A program made the position numbers and the translations under genes. The notes beneath the pieces were generated by a model. The model saw only the letters and a list, made by a program, of their open reading frames with translations. It searched no databases and had not been told where the DNA came from. Below are positions 48,668 to 62,889 of a stretch of DNA of 64,000 bases, in pieces; the first letter of the stretch is position 1; every line of letters begins with the position of its first letter. Source of the DNA: an uncultured Alphaproteobacteria bacterium (GTDB lineage: Bacteria > Pseudomonadota > Alphaproteobacteria > Geminicoccales > Geminicoccaceae); contig CAVWPO010000009.1 in assembly GCA_963756905.1 (NCBI GenBank), forward strand, positions 18,179 to 82,178, in the 5' to 3' direction.

Positions 48668-49828
48668 TCAGCGATCGTGGTCGACCGGGAAGCGGGGGAT
48701 GGTCACCTCGCGATGGATGTCGACGCTCAGCATCAGGCCAAAGCCGATCAGCACGGTCATCATCGCGGTGCCGCCGTAGGAGATCAGCGGCAGGGGCACG
48801 CCGACCACCGGGATCAGGCCGGTGACCATGGCGATGTTGATCACGACGTAGAGCGAGAAGGTGACCGTGATGCCCATCGCCAGCAGGCGGCCGAACTGGT
48901 TGCGGGCGCGCAGCGCGAAGGCGAAGCCGTAGGCGACCAGGACCAGGAACAGGCAGAGCAGGCCGAGCGCGCCGACCAGGCCCGCCTCCTCGGCCAGCAT
49001 GGTGAACACGAAATCGGTCTGCTTCTCGGGCAGGAAGCTGAGCTGGCTCTGGGTGCCATGGAGGATGCCCTTGCCCCAGATGCCGCCGGAGCCGAGCGCG
49101 ATCTTCGACTGGATGATGTGATAGCCGGCCCCCAGCGGGTCGCGCTCGGGGTTGAGGAAGGTCATCACGCGCTCGCGCTGGTAGTCGTGCAACTGGTGCC
49201 ACAGGATCGGCAGCGCGCCGAGCACGGCGCCGATCACCAGCGCGAACTTCCACCAGCGGACGCCGGCCAGGAACAGGAGCGCGCCGCCGCCCGCGAGCAG
49301 CATGACCGAGGTGCCGAGGTCCGGCTGCTCGAGCACCAGGGCGGTCGGCACCAGGATGATCGCGAGCGGCAGGACCAGCTGGGTCGGCCGCGCGACGTCC
49401 TCCAGATAGGTGCCGTGGAAATAGCGCGCGAGCGCCAGCACGAGCGCGATCTTCATGACCTCGGACGGCTGCAGCTGGAACAGGCCGAGGTTGATCCAGC
49501 GCTGCGCGCCCATGCTGATGTTGCCGGCGATCTCGACCGCGATCAGGCCGAGCAGGGCGACCCCGTAGATCGCGTAGGACCAGCGGAACCAGACCCGGAC
49601 GTCGGTGAGCGCGATCGCCAGCATCAGGACCAGGCCGATCGCGAAGCGGACGCTGTGGCGCCAGGCCCAGGGCTCGTGCGAGCCGCCGGCGGCCGAATAC
49701 AGCATGCCGTAGCCGATCAGGGCGACCAGGACCACGACCGCGACGAACGGCCAGTTGAGGAGCCGCAGCTTCTCGACCAGCGACAGCTCGATGGTCTTGA
49801 AGCGGGCGACGACCGTCATCGTCGTCAC
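48668..49828 (-). CDS. rodA: rod-shape-determining SEDS glycosyltransferase RodA
   Basis: 386 aa, FtsW/RodA/SpoVE family (PSEVMKIALVLALA, LGTSVMLL, FLPEKQTDFVFTMLAEE, ISYGGTAMM). ATGA overlap with mrdA. Confidence 0.95.
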   Translation of the reverse strand: MTTMTVVARFKTIELSLVEKLRLLNWPFVAVVVLVALIGYGMLYSAAGGSHEPWAWRHSVRFAIGLVLMLAIALTDVRVWFRWSYAIYGVALLGLIAVEIAGNISMGAQRWINLGLFQLQPSEVMKIALVLALARYFHGTYLEDVARPTQLVLPLAIILVPTALVLEQPDLGTSVMLLAGGGALLFLAGVRWWKFALVIGAVLGALPILWHQLHDYQRERVMTFLNPERDPLGAGYHIIQSKIALGSGGIWGKGILHGTQSQLSFLPEKQTDFVFTMLAEEAGLVGALGLLCLFLVLVAYGFAFALRARNQFGRLLAMGITVTFSLYVVINIAMVTGLIPVVGVPLPLISYGGTAMMTVLIGFGLMLSVDIHREVTIPRFPVDHDR

Positions 49829-51714
49829 GTCGGATCGCCCGGGGGGTGCGGGCCCGGCGCGCCGTCGGCGGTCACCGGCGCGCGCGCCCGGATCGGATCG
49901 AGCTCGAGCGCCTTGGCCATGATGTCGCGGGCGATCGGCGACGCCGTGGCCGCGCCGCTGCCGCCATGCTCGACGACCACCGCGAGCGCGTAGCGCGGCG
50001 CCCGGAAGGGCGCGAACGCGACGAACAGGGCATGGTCGCGCTCCTCCCAGGGCTTGTCATCGTTCTTGCGCACCGTGGTCAGGCGCTCGGCGCGGCTGAT
50101 CCGGCGCACCTGCGAGGTGCCGGTCTTGCCGGCCAGCGCGACCTCGGCATCGCCGAGGCTGGCCTGGCGGGCGGTGCCGCGCTCGCCGTTGACCACCTCG
50201 TACATGCCCTGCCTGACGAACCGGAGCGCCCAGTCCGAGACGCCGAGCGCGGGCGCCGGCTCCGGTCGCTCGCCGGCGTCGGCGGCCGGATCGGCGCGCA
50301 CCAGCCGCGGCCGGACCGCCCGGCCGCCGTTGGCGATCCGCGCCGTCATCACCGCCAGCTGCAGCGGCGTCGTCTGCATGTAGCCCTGGCCGATCCCGGT
50401 GATCAGCGTCTCCCCGAGCTGCCAGGGCGCGCCGCGCGTGGCCTGCTTCCACGCCCGGTCGGGCACCAGCCCGGGACGCTCGCCCGGCAGATCGATCGCG
50501 AGCGTCTGGCCGAGCCCGAACCGGCGCGCCATCGCCGCGATCGCATCGACGCCGACGCGCCGGGCGAGGTCGTAGAAGTAGACGTCGCAGGATTGGGCGA
50601 TGCCGTCGATCAGCTTCAGCCGGCCGTGACCCCAACGCTTCCAGCAGTGGAACTCGTGGTCGCCGAGCTGAATGGAGCCGTTGCAGGTGACTTCGTAGTC
50701 CGGCCCGCTGACGCCGCCCTCGAGGGCCGCGAGCGCGGTCAGCAGCTTGAACGTCGAGCCCGGCGGGTACTGGCCGCCGATCGCCTTGTTGACCAGGGGC
50801 GAGTTGGCGCTGCCCGTGAGCTCGCGCCAGGTGTCCTGGGTGAGGCCGTTGGTGAACGCGCGCGGGTCGAAGGTCGGCACCGAGGCGAGCGCCAGCACGT
50901 CCCCGGTCTCGACGTCGAGGACCACGACCGCAGCGCTCTGCTCGGCGCTCAGCCGCTCGTAGACATAGCGCTGCAGGTCGAGGTCGATGGTGAGGTTGAG
51001 GTCGCGACCGGCCTCGCCGTCGGAGCGGTACAGCTCCTTGATCTCGCGGCCGAGCGCGTTGACCTCGAACCGGCTGATCCCGGCACGGCCGCGCAGGACC
51101 GCGTCGTAGACCTTCTCGATGCCGTTCTTGCCGATCCGGAAGTCCGGCAGCTCCAGCAGCGGATCGCCGTTCAGCTCGGTTTCCGAGACCGGCCCGACAT
51201 AGCCCAGGACATGGGCCATGATCGCGCCGGTCGGGTAGTCGCGCAGCAGGCCGGCATCCAGGCTCACGCCCGGCAGGTCGGGGGCGTTGACCGCGATCCG
51301 CGACAGCTCGGTCCAGTTGAGGTCCTCCTCGACCGTGATCGGCACGAACCGGCGGCGCCGGGCGGCTTCGGCGATCACCTCCTGGAGGTGCTCCTCCGGC
51401 AGCGGGATGAGGCCGGCCAGCGCCTCGAGGGTCGCGCGCAGGTCCGCGGTCTGCTCGCGGGTCACGAGCACGCGATAGGTCGGGCTGTTGCGCGCGACCG
51501 GCACCCCGTGGCGGTCGAAGATCCGGCCGCGGGCCGGCGGCAGGAGGCGATGATTGATCCGGTTCTCGTCGGCGAGCAACGCGTATTCGTCGGCGCTGAC
51601 CACCTGCAGGTAGTAGAGCCGCGCCGCGAGCAGACCGAACAGGCCGAGCTGGCCCGCCCCGAGGCAGAGCGCGCGGCGCGAGAAGGTGCGCAGGCGGTCG
51701 CCTTCACGATGCAT
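49825..51714 (-). CDS. mrdA: penicillin-binding protein 2
   Basis: Start at ATG 51714. Dimerisation domain plus transpeptidase motifs STFK (PPGSTFKLLT), SCD (AQSCDVYF) and KTGT (LAGKTGTSQV). Confidence 0.95.
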   Translation of the reverse strand: MHREGDRLRTFSRRALCLGAGQLGLFGLLAARLYYLQVVSADEYALLADENRINHRLLPPARGRIFDRHGVPVARNSPTYRVLVTREQTADLRATLEALAGLIPLPEEHLQEVIAEAARRRRFVPITVEEDLNWTELSRIAVNAPDLPGVSLDAGLLRDYPTGAIMAHVLGYVGPVSETELNGDPLLELPDFRIGKNGIEKVYDAVLRGRAGISRFEVNALGREIKELYRSDGEAGRDLNLTIDLDLQRYVYERLSAEQSAAVVVLDVETGDVLALASVPTFDPRAFTNGLTQDTWRELTGSANSPLVNKAIGGQYPPGSTFKLLTALAALEGGVSGPDYEVTCNGSIQLGDHEFHCWKRWGHGRLKLIDGIAQSCDVYFYDLARRVGVDAIAAMARRFGLGQTLAIDLPGERPGLVPDRAWKQATRGAPWQLGETLITGIGQGYMQTTPLQLAVMTARIANGGRAVRPRLVRADPAADAGERPEPAPALGVSDWALRFVRQGMYEVVNGERGTARQASLGDAEVALAGKTGTSQVRRISRAERLTTVRKNDDKPWEERDHALFVAFAPFRAPRYALAVVVEHGGSGAATASPIARDIMAKALELDPIRARAPVTADGAPGPHPPGDPT

Positions 51715-52228
51715 GGAGCACCCTCGGGATCTGGTTGTGCAGGCGGGTGAGGAGCCAGCTGGCCGCAGGATACAAGGCCATCGTGACCGCCAGCTCAAGC
51801 AGCATCGGCCGGAGCGCGAACACGTGTCCCCACCACAGGCTCGAGAGCAGCCAGCGGGCCACCTCGATCACCGGCGCCAGGACCAGAAAGCAGCTCCAGA
51901 TGACCGGAAACGAGCGGGCCAGAAAGAACCGCTGCTGCACGATCATCAGATTGCGGACCAGCAGGAGGGTCAGCGAGGTCAGGCCGAGGGGCAGGCCGGC
52001 CAGGCCGTCGTAGACCAGGCCGGTCAGGAAGGCCGCGGCCGGCGTGAACAGATCCGGGCGATAGAGGCTCCAGAAGTAGGCCACGCCGAGCGTCGAGAAC
52101 GAGGTCAGGCCGGCCGGCCCGGAGCCGGCGAGCGGCGCGACGTCGATCAGGACGGCGATCAGCGCGGTCAGGAACGGCACCACGACCCGCAGCTGCGCGT
52201 CCAGCTGGCGCAGCCAGAGCCAGGTCAC
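51704..52228 (-). CDS. mreD: rod-shape-determining protein MreD
   Basis: GTG 52228 overlaps the mreC stop. Hydrophobic protein of about 174 aa, in the position between mreC and mrdA. Confidence 0.8.
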   Translation of the reverse strand: MTWLWLRQLDAQLRVVVPFLTALIAVLIDVAPLAGSGPAGLTSFSTLGVAYFWSLYRPDLFTPAAAFLTGLVYDGLAGLPLGLTSLTLLLVRNLMIVQQRFFLARSFPVIWSCFLVLAPVIEVARWLLSSLWWGHVFALRPMLLELAVTMALYPAASWLLTRLHNQIPRVLHAS

Positions 52229-53253
52229 TCCGGCGTCTCCGCCGGCGGCTGGGGATCGTCGGGCAGGTCGACCGGCGGCGGTTCGGGGGCTCCGACCGGC
52301 GGCTGCCCGACCAGCCGGGCGGCCGGCACGGCGGGGGGCGCCCCGCCGACCCGGTAGCCCGGCGGCAGGGGTGGCCCGTAGACCTCCTGCTGCCCGGCAT
52401 CGAGCCGCTCCGGCGCGAGCACCGGCGCATACGCCAGCAGACGCAGATAGTCCAGCCGGTCCCAGTCGACCAGCGGCGTGATCGTGACCTTCCGGTCGCC
52501 GACCGCGCTGATCACGCCGATCGCCAGCCCCGGTGGCAGGACGCCGCCACGCCCCGAGGTGACCACGCGATCGCCGATCGAGAGCCTTGGATTGAGCGGC
52601 AGGAACACGAGGCCGGGCTCGCGGCCGTTGTCGCCCGCGAGGATCGCCTGATCGCGCGAGGGCTCGACCATCACCGGAATGCGGGAGTTGAAATCGGTCA
52701 ACAGCAGGACCCGGGCGCTGCGCCGCCCGACCTCGATCACCCGGCCGGCGAGGCCGCGCTCGTTGACCGCCGCCATGCCCTTGACCACCCCCTGCTCGGC
52801 ACCGGCGTCGACCAGCACCGTCTGCACGAAGGGTCCGCCGGCATCCGCGACCACCCGCGCGGTGACCGCGGTCGGATGGTCGTCCTCGGGCACCGCGTTC
52901 AGCAGCTGGCGCAGGCCGGCGTTCTCCAGCGCCAGCTGGCGGGCGGTGCTCTGCCATTCGAGCAGGCGCCGGTTCTGCTCGCGCAGCTGAACATTCTCGG
53001 TGCGCAGCGCGATCAGCTCGCCGACGTTCTGGGCCAGGCGGCGCGAGGCGTGGATCGGCTGCACGGCGACCTCGAGCACCGGCGCCAAAAGATCGCTGAC
53101 GCGGCCGTCGATGGCCTCCAGCAGCCGGACGTCGGCTTTGCTGACGATCAGAAGGAAGATCGAGACGACGATCAGGGTGCCGAAGGCAAAGCGGTCGGCC
53201 AGCGCCTTCAACGGCACGGTCAGACGTGACAGCGAGCGGCGCTCGAGCTTCAC
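52225..53253 (-). CDS. mreC: rod-shape-determining protein MreC
   Basis: N-terminal TM helix, coiled coil (LRTENVQLREQNRRLLEWQ), beta domains and a Pro-rich tail. Confidence 0.9.
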   Translation of the reverse strand: MKLERRSLSRLTVPLKALADRFAFGTLIVVSIFLLIVSKADVRLLEAIDGRVSDLLAPVLEVAVQPIHASRRLAQNVGELIALRTENVQLREQNRRLLEWQSTARQLALENAGLRQLLNAVPEDDHPTAVTARVVADAGGPFVQTVLVDAGAEQGVVKGMAAVNERGLAGRVIEVGRRSARVLLLTDFNSRIPVMVEPSRDQAILAGDNGREPGLVFLPLNPRLSIGDRVVTSGRGGVLPPGLAIGVISAVGDRKVTITPLVDWDRLDYLRLLAYAPVLAPERLDAGQQEVYGPPLPPGYRVGGAPPAVPAARLVGQPPVGAPEPPPVDLPDDPQPPAETPE

Positions 53254-53349
53254 GCGAAGCCTCCGTCACGATCGATCAGGCGCGCGGGACGGTGCCCGCC
53301 GAGCGGCCCGAAGCCATCCGCAGGACCCGGCGGCGGCCCTTGGAAATCA

Positions 53350-56146
<2,797 letters not shown>

Positions 56147-56410
56147 GGCCCGATTCCCTTCTGGCGGATGGTTGATGCTTCGCTGTTGCACGACTGTCCC
56201 CTGAACGCGCGCAGATCGGCAGCGGCTCAGGGGCAGCTAAGTCGAAGCTCCGCCGGAAGGAGAACCCCCTGAGCACGGTCGCCGCGACCGCTGGTCGTCC
56301 GTTCGTCGCGGCACAGCATCACCCGTGGTCCCAAGTCCCCGTTCAGGTTCGCCTTTAGGGTCACCCGCCCAACCTGGCGATCACCCATCGCGGCACGATA
56401 CAAGACCATC
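56147..56410 (-). promoter_or_regulatory. candidate leuA leader with alternative hairpins and a Leu-containing upstream ORF
   Basis: On the transcript strand, CTCAGGGG (56273-56266), CCCCTGAG (56233-56226) and TCAGGGG (56204-56198) allow mutually exclusive pairings. An upstream ORF ends ...GVLLPAELRLSCP, with its stop inside the middle segment. A further stem pairs GCCGCGAC with GTCGCGGC (56281-56312). Confidence 0.35.
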
Positions 56411-56498
56411 GGCTGGTATTTGTAAAGCCCGATGCCTTCAGTTTGGTAAGCGTCGGCGCTAGGGTGATCGCCTCCGAGACCGCCCCGAGGAACGCGCC

Positions 56499-57200
56499 AT
56501 GCCCGTCTTCGACCGCCTGAGCGCGCGCGGCGCGGATCGCATCGCCTTCGAGGCGAGCGATCTGATCATGGCCGGCTGGACGGGGCGCGACTCCGCCGCG
56601 GTCGCGCATCACGTGGCCGAGCTCGCGGCGCTCGGCGTTCCGGGGCCTTCGCGCGTGCCGCTGTTCTACCGCCTCGACCCGGCGCTGCTCGCCGGCCCGG
56701 TCGCGTCGATCCAGGTGCTGGGCGAGGCGACCTCGGGCGAGGTCGAGGCGGTGCTGGTGGCGCTCGCCGACGGGCTCTGGGTCGGCCTCGGCTCGGATCA
56801 CACCGACCGGGCGATGGAAGCGCACGGCGTGGCGCTGTCCAAGCAGCTCTGCCGCAAGCCCATGGCCGCAGGCCTCTGGCGCTTCGAGGAGCTGATCCCG
56901 CACTGGGACCGGGTGGTGCTGCGCGCGCACATCGTCGAGGCCGGCTCGCGGAAGCTCTACATGGAGAGCCCGCTCGCCGCGGTCCGCCGCCCGGAGGATC
57001 TGATCGCCGCCTACGTCTGCGAGCAGGGGCTCGGCGCCGACGCGCCGCTGCCACCCGGCACGGTCATGTTCTCAGGCGCAATCGCCGCGATCGGCGGCAT
57101 CCGGCCTGCAGCCCGCTTCGAGATGGAACTCGAAGACCCGGTCCTCGGCCGCACCCTCCGCCACGCCTACGATATCCGGGCGCTGCCGATCGTGAGATAA
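56499..57200 (+). CDS. DUF2848 domain protein
   Basis: 233 aa (IMAGWTGRDSAAVAHHVAELAALGVP...GLGSDHTDR...GTVMFSGAI). Matches my recollection of DUF2848, a FAH-like fold. Confidence 0.7.
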   Translation: MPVFDRLSARGADRIAFEASDLIMAGWTGRDSAAVAHHVAELAALGVPGPSRVPLFYRLDPALLAGPVASIQVLGEATSGEVEAVLVALADGLWVGLGSDHTDRAMEAHGVALSKQLCRKPMAAGLWRFEELIPHWDRVVLRAHIVEAGSRKLYMESPLAAVRRPEDLIAAYVCEQGLGADAPLPPGTVMFSGAIAAIGGIRPAARFEMELEDPVLGRTLRHAYDIRALPIVR

Positions 57201-57215
57201 TCCGAGGGAGCTGGT

Positions 57216-57524
57216 TCAGGGCGTCAAGGCGCGATCGACCGCCTCGGGCTCCCGTTCGATCACCGTGAGCAGAACGCGGGCTGCCTGATCGGGCGTGCGC
57301 CGTCCCTGCTCCCAGTCCTGTAGCGTGCGTGGATCGAGGCGGAAGCGTTCGGCGAAGCGCCGGCGGCTCAGGCCCAGCTTCTTCCGCACGGCGCGGATGT
57401 CGGCGCTGGCGGGCGCGTCGATCAGCCGGGTCGGCAGGGCGATCTCGCCCCGCACATGCGCCAGAACCTCGTTCAGCGCTGCCTCGACCTCGAGCCCAAG
57501 CTCGCTCCGGTCGTCGTCAGTCAT
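57216..57524 (-). CDS. XRE-family HTH antitoxin (HigA/NadS-like)
   Basis: MTDDDRSELGLEVEAALNEVLAHVRGE...IRAVRKKLGLSRRRFAERFRLDPRTLQDWEQGRRTPDQAARVLL. The ATG overlaps the reconstructed toxin stop (ATGA). Confidence 0.8.
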   Translation of the reverse strand: MTDDDRSELGLEVEAALNEVLAHVRGEIALPTRLIDAPASADIRAVRKKLGLSRRRFAERFRLDPRTLQDWEQGRRTPDQAARVLLTVIEREPEAVDRALTP

Positions 57525-57851
57525 GAGCGCCTTTCCTTCTTGATGGTCGCCACGAGTTCGCGCCCAGCCTTTCAGGTCGCCGGGTCTGAGGTCCTCGCGG
57601 TCCGCTTTGGCATAGATCGTGAGCAGATAGATCGTCGCGACTTCGGCGTAGTGAAAATAGATCGTCCGGACGCCACCGCGCTTGCCTCGACCTGAGCCGG
57701 CCCAGCGCACCTTGCGGATGCCGCCACTGCCGGGAATGACCGGCGCCGCCAGCGGGTCGGCCGCGATCGAGCTTTCCATCGCGTCACGTTCACTCGCGGT
57801 GAGGAGTTTGCGAGCAGCCCGTTCATAAGTCGCGGTGACGACGATCCGCAC
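57521..57851 (-). CDS. RelE/HigB-like toxin; one +1 frameshift near 57571 (AAA run)
   Basis: GTG 57851. VRIVVTATYERAARKLL...GGIRKVRWAGSGRGKRGGVRTIYFHY...IYLLTIYAKADREDL. The track ORF fuses it in frame to the antitoxin. Removing one A gives ...DLKAGRELVATIKKERRS-stop. Confidence 0.7.
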
Positions 57852-57854
57852 AGG

Positions 57855-57887
57855 GTTATATGTGCGGCATTGCCGCACTTTTGTCAA
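57855..57887 (-). promoter_or_regulatory. putative promoter with embedded operator palindrome of the toxin-antitoxin pair
   Basis: The minus strand reads TTGACA (57887-57882), then AAA-GTGCGGCA-A-TGCCGCAC (perfect 8-bp inverted repeat, 57878-57862), then ATATAAC. This lies directly upstream of the GTG start. Confidence 0.45.
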
Positions 57888-57978
57888 GGATCGCGCTGGC
57901 CGAAATCGGTCTGGCCGCTATCCACTGAGGCCTCTTCCAGGGACCGGCGCCTCCCGCAATCCGCCAGGCGAACTTGTG

Positions 57979-59751
<1,773 letters not shown>

Positions 59752-59792
59752 TCAGTCCGCGATCAAGTCGCCACGGCGCCGGGATTTTGAGC

Positions 59793-60348
59793 TCAGCGGC
59801 CGCTGCGCGCGTAGATCGCCCCGAGCGACAATGTCGCGCCCAGACCCTCCAGCACCACCGCATCTTCGGGAGGTTCGATGGCAACCAACTCCCAGCCGCG
59901 CTCCGTGCGTGAGTGAACCTCGATCCGGCGCTCCCTTTGCGCAATCAGAACGACAGTGCTGGAGAGAACCGATCCTCTGGTATTCGCGCCATTTGGCGAT
60001 TCGATCGTGGCGCTCGGTCGTCGGCGAGAGCACCTCCACCACGACAGCTGGATCGGAGATCCGGTCGTCGTCAGGCGCCAGAGGCCCGCAGGCCACGACC
60101 ACATCCGGATACATGACTGCGGTCTCCGTCACGACCTTCAGCTCGTCAACAATGGCAATACAGGGACCCTCGCCCAACGCGGCGTTGAGCGAATTCGCCA
60201 TGTTGCTCTTGATGATGCCGTGCGCGACCGAGCCACCGGTCATCATGCGCACGACGCCGTCGACGAACTCGTAACGCTCGGGCTCCTGGACCTCGAACGC
60301 GAGGAAATCCTCGACGGTCCAGAGATAAGAGCGCGCCTTGGCCATCAT
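59793..60348 (-). CDS. Uma2-family (DUF820) endonuclease; one +1 frameshift near 59955
   Basis: WTVEDFLAFEVQEPERYEFVDGVV...PDVVVACGP...AVVVEVLSPTTERHDRIAKWREYQRIGSLQH, then VVLIAQRERRIEVHSRTERGWEL (ORF 59793..60104). The length is 1 mod 3. Confidence 0.7.
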
Positions 60349-60406
60349 CCTCTCCCGTAGGGCAGACGCCGCTCGCGCTGCCCCGCAATCGATGACCGCC
60401 AGCTTA

Positions 60407-60913
60407 TCACAAGGTCCGCGTGCCGTGCGCGATCGCGACTACGCCGGCGCGGCTGACCTCGGCGAGGCCGAGCGGCTCCATGAGGTCGATGAAGGCGTCG
60501 AGCTCCGCGGGCGAGCCCGTGATCTCGAAGACGAAGCTGTCGAGCGTGCTGTCGACCAGGCGGGCGTGCATGAAGTCGGCGATCCGGAGCGCCTGGACCC
60601 GCTTCTCGCGATCGCCCGTGACCTTGACCAGCGCCAGCTCGCGCTCGAGGCAGGGGCCCTCGACCGTGAGGTCGGCCACTTTGTGCACCGGGACGAGCTT
60701 GTCGAGCAGCGCCTTGATCTGCTCGATCACCTGGGCGGTGCCGGTGGTCACGATGTTGATCCGCGAGCGGCCGCGCTCGCGGTCGACCTCGGCTACCGTC
60801 AGGCTGTCGATGTTGTAGCCCCGGCCCGAGAACAGGCCGATCACCCGGGCGAGCACGCCCGGCTCGTTGTCGACCAGCACCGCGATCGTGTGCCGCTGCT
60901 CTGACTGGCTCAT
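60407..60913 (-). CDS. ilvH: acetolactate synthase small (regulatory) subunit
   Basis: Last 168 codons of ORF 60407..61711. HTIAVLVDNEPGVLARVIGLFSGRGYNIDSLTVA (ACT domain). Confidence 0.9.
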   Translation of the reverse strand: MSQSEQRHTIAVLVDNEPGVLARVIGLFSGRGYNIDSLTVAEVDRERGRSRINIVTTGTAQVIEQIKALLDKLVPVHKVADLTVEGPCLERELALVKVTGDREKRVQALRIADFMHARLVDSTLDSFVFEITGSPAELDAFIDLMEPLGLAEVSRAGVVAIAHGTRTL

Positions 60914-60999
60914 GACAAGGCTACCCTGCTCCGCAAACTCACCCGTCCGGGCGCCGCCTGGGGCGGCATCCGGACCGCAGGCGGCGCAAGGGGCAAGGG

Positions 61000-62811
61000 T
61001 CAGACGAGGACCATGCCCTCCTCGGAGCGCTTTACGTCCCCGGCGCCGTCGTCCTCGGGACAGAGCTTGATCTCGTTGTGCGCCGAGCCGCCCGGGATCA
61101 TCGGATAGACGTTCTCGGTCCGATCGACCACGATGTCGGCGATCACCGGCCGCGGCGTCCCGATCATCGCCTTGATCACGTCGTCGACCTCGTCCGGCGT
61201 CTGCGCGCGCAGGCCGACCGCGCCGAACGCCTCGGCCAGCTTCACGAAGTCCGGCAGGCTGTCCATGTAGCTCTCGCTGTAGCGATTGCCGTGGAAGAAC
61301 TCCTGCCACTGGCGGACCATGCCCATGTAGGAGTTGTTGAGGATGAACGACTTCACCGGCAGGCGGTACTGCACGATGGTCGACATCTCCTGCATGTTCA
61401 TGACCCACGAGGCCTCGCCCGCGATGTCGATCACGAGCGCGTCGGGGTGCGCGACCTGCACGCCCATGGCGGACGGCAGGCCGTAGCCCATGGTGCCGAG
61501 CCCGCCCGAGGTCATCCAATGGCGCGGCCGCTCGAACTTGTAGTGCTGGGCGGCCCACATCTGATGCTGGCCGACCTCGGTCGTGATGTAGGTCTCGCGG
61601 TCCCTGGTCAGCTCGTACAGGCGCTGGATCGCGTACTGCGGCTTGATGACCTTGCCGTTCTGGCGGTAGCGCAGGCTGTCCTTCGCCTGCCACTCGCGGA
61701 TCTTGCCCCACCAGGGCTCGAGCCTGGCCGGGTCGGCCTGGTTGCCCTTGGCCCGCCAGGCCTCGAGCAGGGCTTTGAGCGCGCGGGCGGCGTCGCCCAC
61801 GATCGCGACGTCGACCGGCACGTTCTTGTTGATCGAGCTCGGATCGATGTCGATCTGGATCTTCTGGGAGCCCGGCGAGAACCGGTCGAGGCGGCCGGTC
61901 ACGCGGTCGTCGAAGCGGGCGCCGATCGCGATCATCAGATCGCAGCCGTGCATCGCGAGGTTGGCCTCGTAGGTGCCGTGCATGCCGAGCATGCCGATGA
62001 ACTGCGGGTCCGAGGCCGGATAGCCGCCGAGCCCCATGAGGGTCAGCGTGATCGGGAAGCCGGTCGCGCGCACCAGCTCGGTCACCAGCTCCGAGGCCTC
62101 GAGGCCCGAGTTGATCACGCCGCCGCCGACGTAGAAGATCGGCCGGTGCGCCTTGGTCATCAATTCGACCGCCCGGGCGATCGGCTCGGGCTGCGGCTCC
62201 ACGCGCGGATTGTAGGTCCGATGCCGGACCTGGTCGGCGCCGACGTAGGTGGCCGGCCCCATCAGGATGTCCTTGGGCAGGTCGATCACGACCGGGCCGG
62301 GTCGGCCGCTGCGCGCGACGTGGAACGCCTCGTGGACCACCCGCGCGACCGCATCGCCCGACTTGACCAGGTAATTGTGCTTGGTGCAGGGCCGGGTGAT
62401 GCCGACCGTATCCGCCTCCTGGAAGGCGTCGTTGCCGATCATGTGGGTCGGCACCTGGCCGGTCAGGCAGACCACCGGCACGCTGTCCATGAGCGCGTCG
62501 GTGAGGCCGGTCACGGTGTTGGTGGCGCCGGGCCCCGAGGTCACGAGCACGACGCCGACCCTGCCGGTCGAGCGCGCGTAGCCCTCGGCGGCGTGGACCG
62601 CGCCCTGCTCGTGCCGCACCAGGATGTGGCGGATCTTGTCCTGCTTGAAGATCGCGTCATAAATCGGCAGGACGGCGCCGCCCGGATAGCCGAATACCAC
62701 CTCGACCCCCTGCTCGACCAGCGCCTGGAGCACGACCTCCGAGCCGGTCATCGGCTGGGTGGTCGCCTGATTTTGGGCGTCGGTTCGGGTCAGGGAGGTG
62801 GCATCTGGCAT
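61000..62811 (-). CDS. ilvI: acetolactate synthase large subunit (biosynthetic type)
   Basis: 603 aa, intact. TPP enzyme motifs GYPGGAVLPIYDA and GLGTMGYGLPSAMG...NNSYMGMVRQWQ. Confidence 0.95.
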   Translation of the reverse strand: MPDATSLTRTDAQNQATTQPMTGSEVVLQALVEQGVEVVFGYPGGAVLPIYDAIFKQDKIRHILVRHEQGAVHAAEGYARSTGRVGVVLVTSGPGATNTVTGLTDALMDSVPVVCLTGQVPTHMIGNDAFQEADTVGITRPCTKHNYLVKSGDAVARVVHEAFHVARSGRPGPVVIDLPKDILMGPATYVGADQVRHRTYNPRVEPQPEPIARAVELMTKAHRPIFYVGGGVINSGLEASELVTELVRATGFPITLTLMGLGGYPASDPQFIGMLGMHGTYEANLAMHGCDLMIAIGARFDDRVTGRLDRFSPGSQKIQIDIDPSSINKNVPVDVAIVGDAARALKALLEAWRAKGNQADPARLEPWWGKIREWQAKDSLRYRQNGKVIKPQYAIQRLYELTRDRETYITTEVGQHQMWAAQHYKFERPRHWMTSGGLGTMGYGLPSAMGVQVAHPDALVIDIAGEASWVMNMQEMSTIVQYRLPVKSFILNNSYMGMVRQWQEFFHGNRYSESYMDSLPDFVKLAEAFGAVGLRAQTPDEVDDVIKAMIGTPRPVIADIVVDRTENVYPMIPGGSAHNEIKLCPEDDGAGDVKRSEEGMVLV

Positions 62812-62889
62812 GATTTTGGCTCCTCGATCGATGCCTCGGCGGTCGATAGGGGGTTGGCTGCCCTTCGTGCGCCGGTTTTTTGGCCCTCT

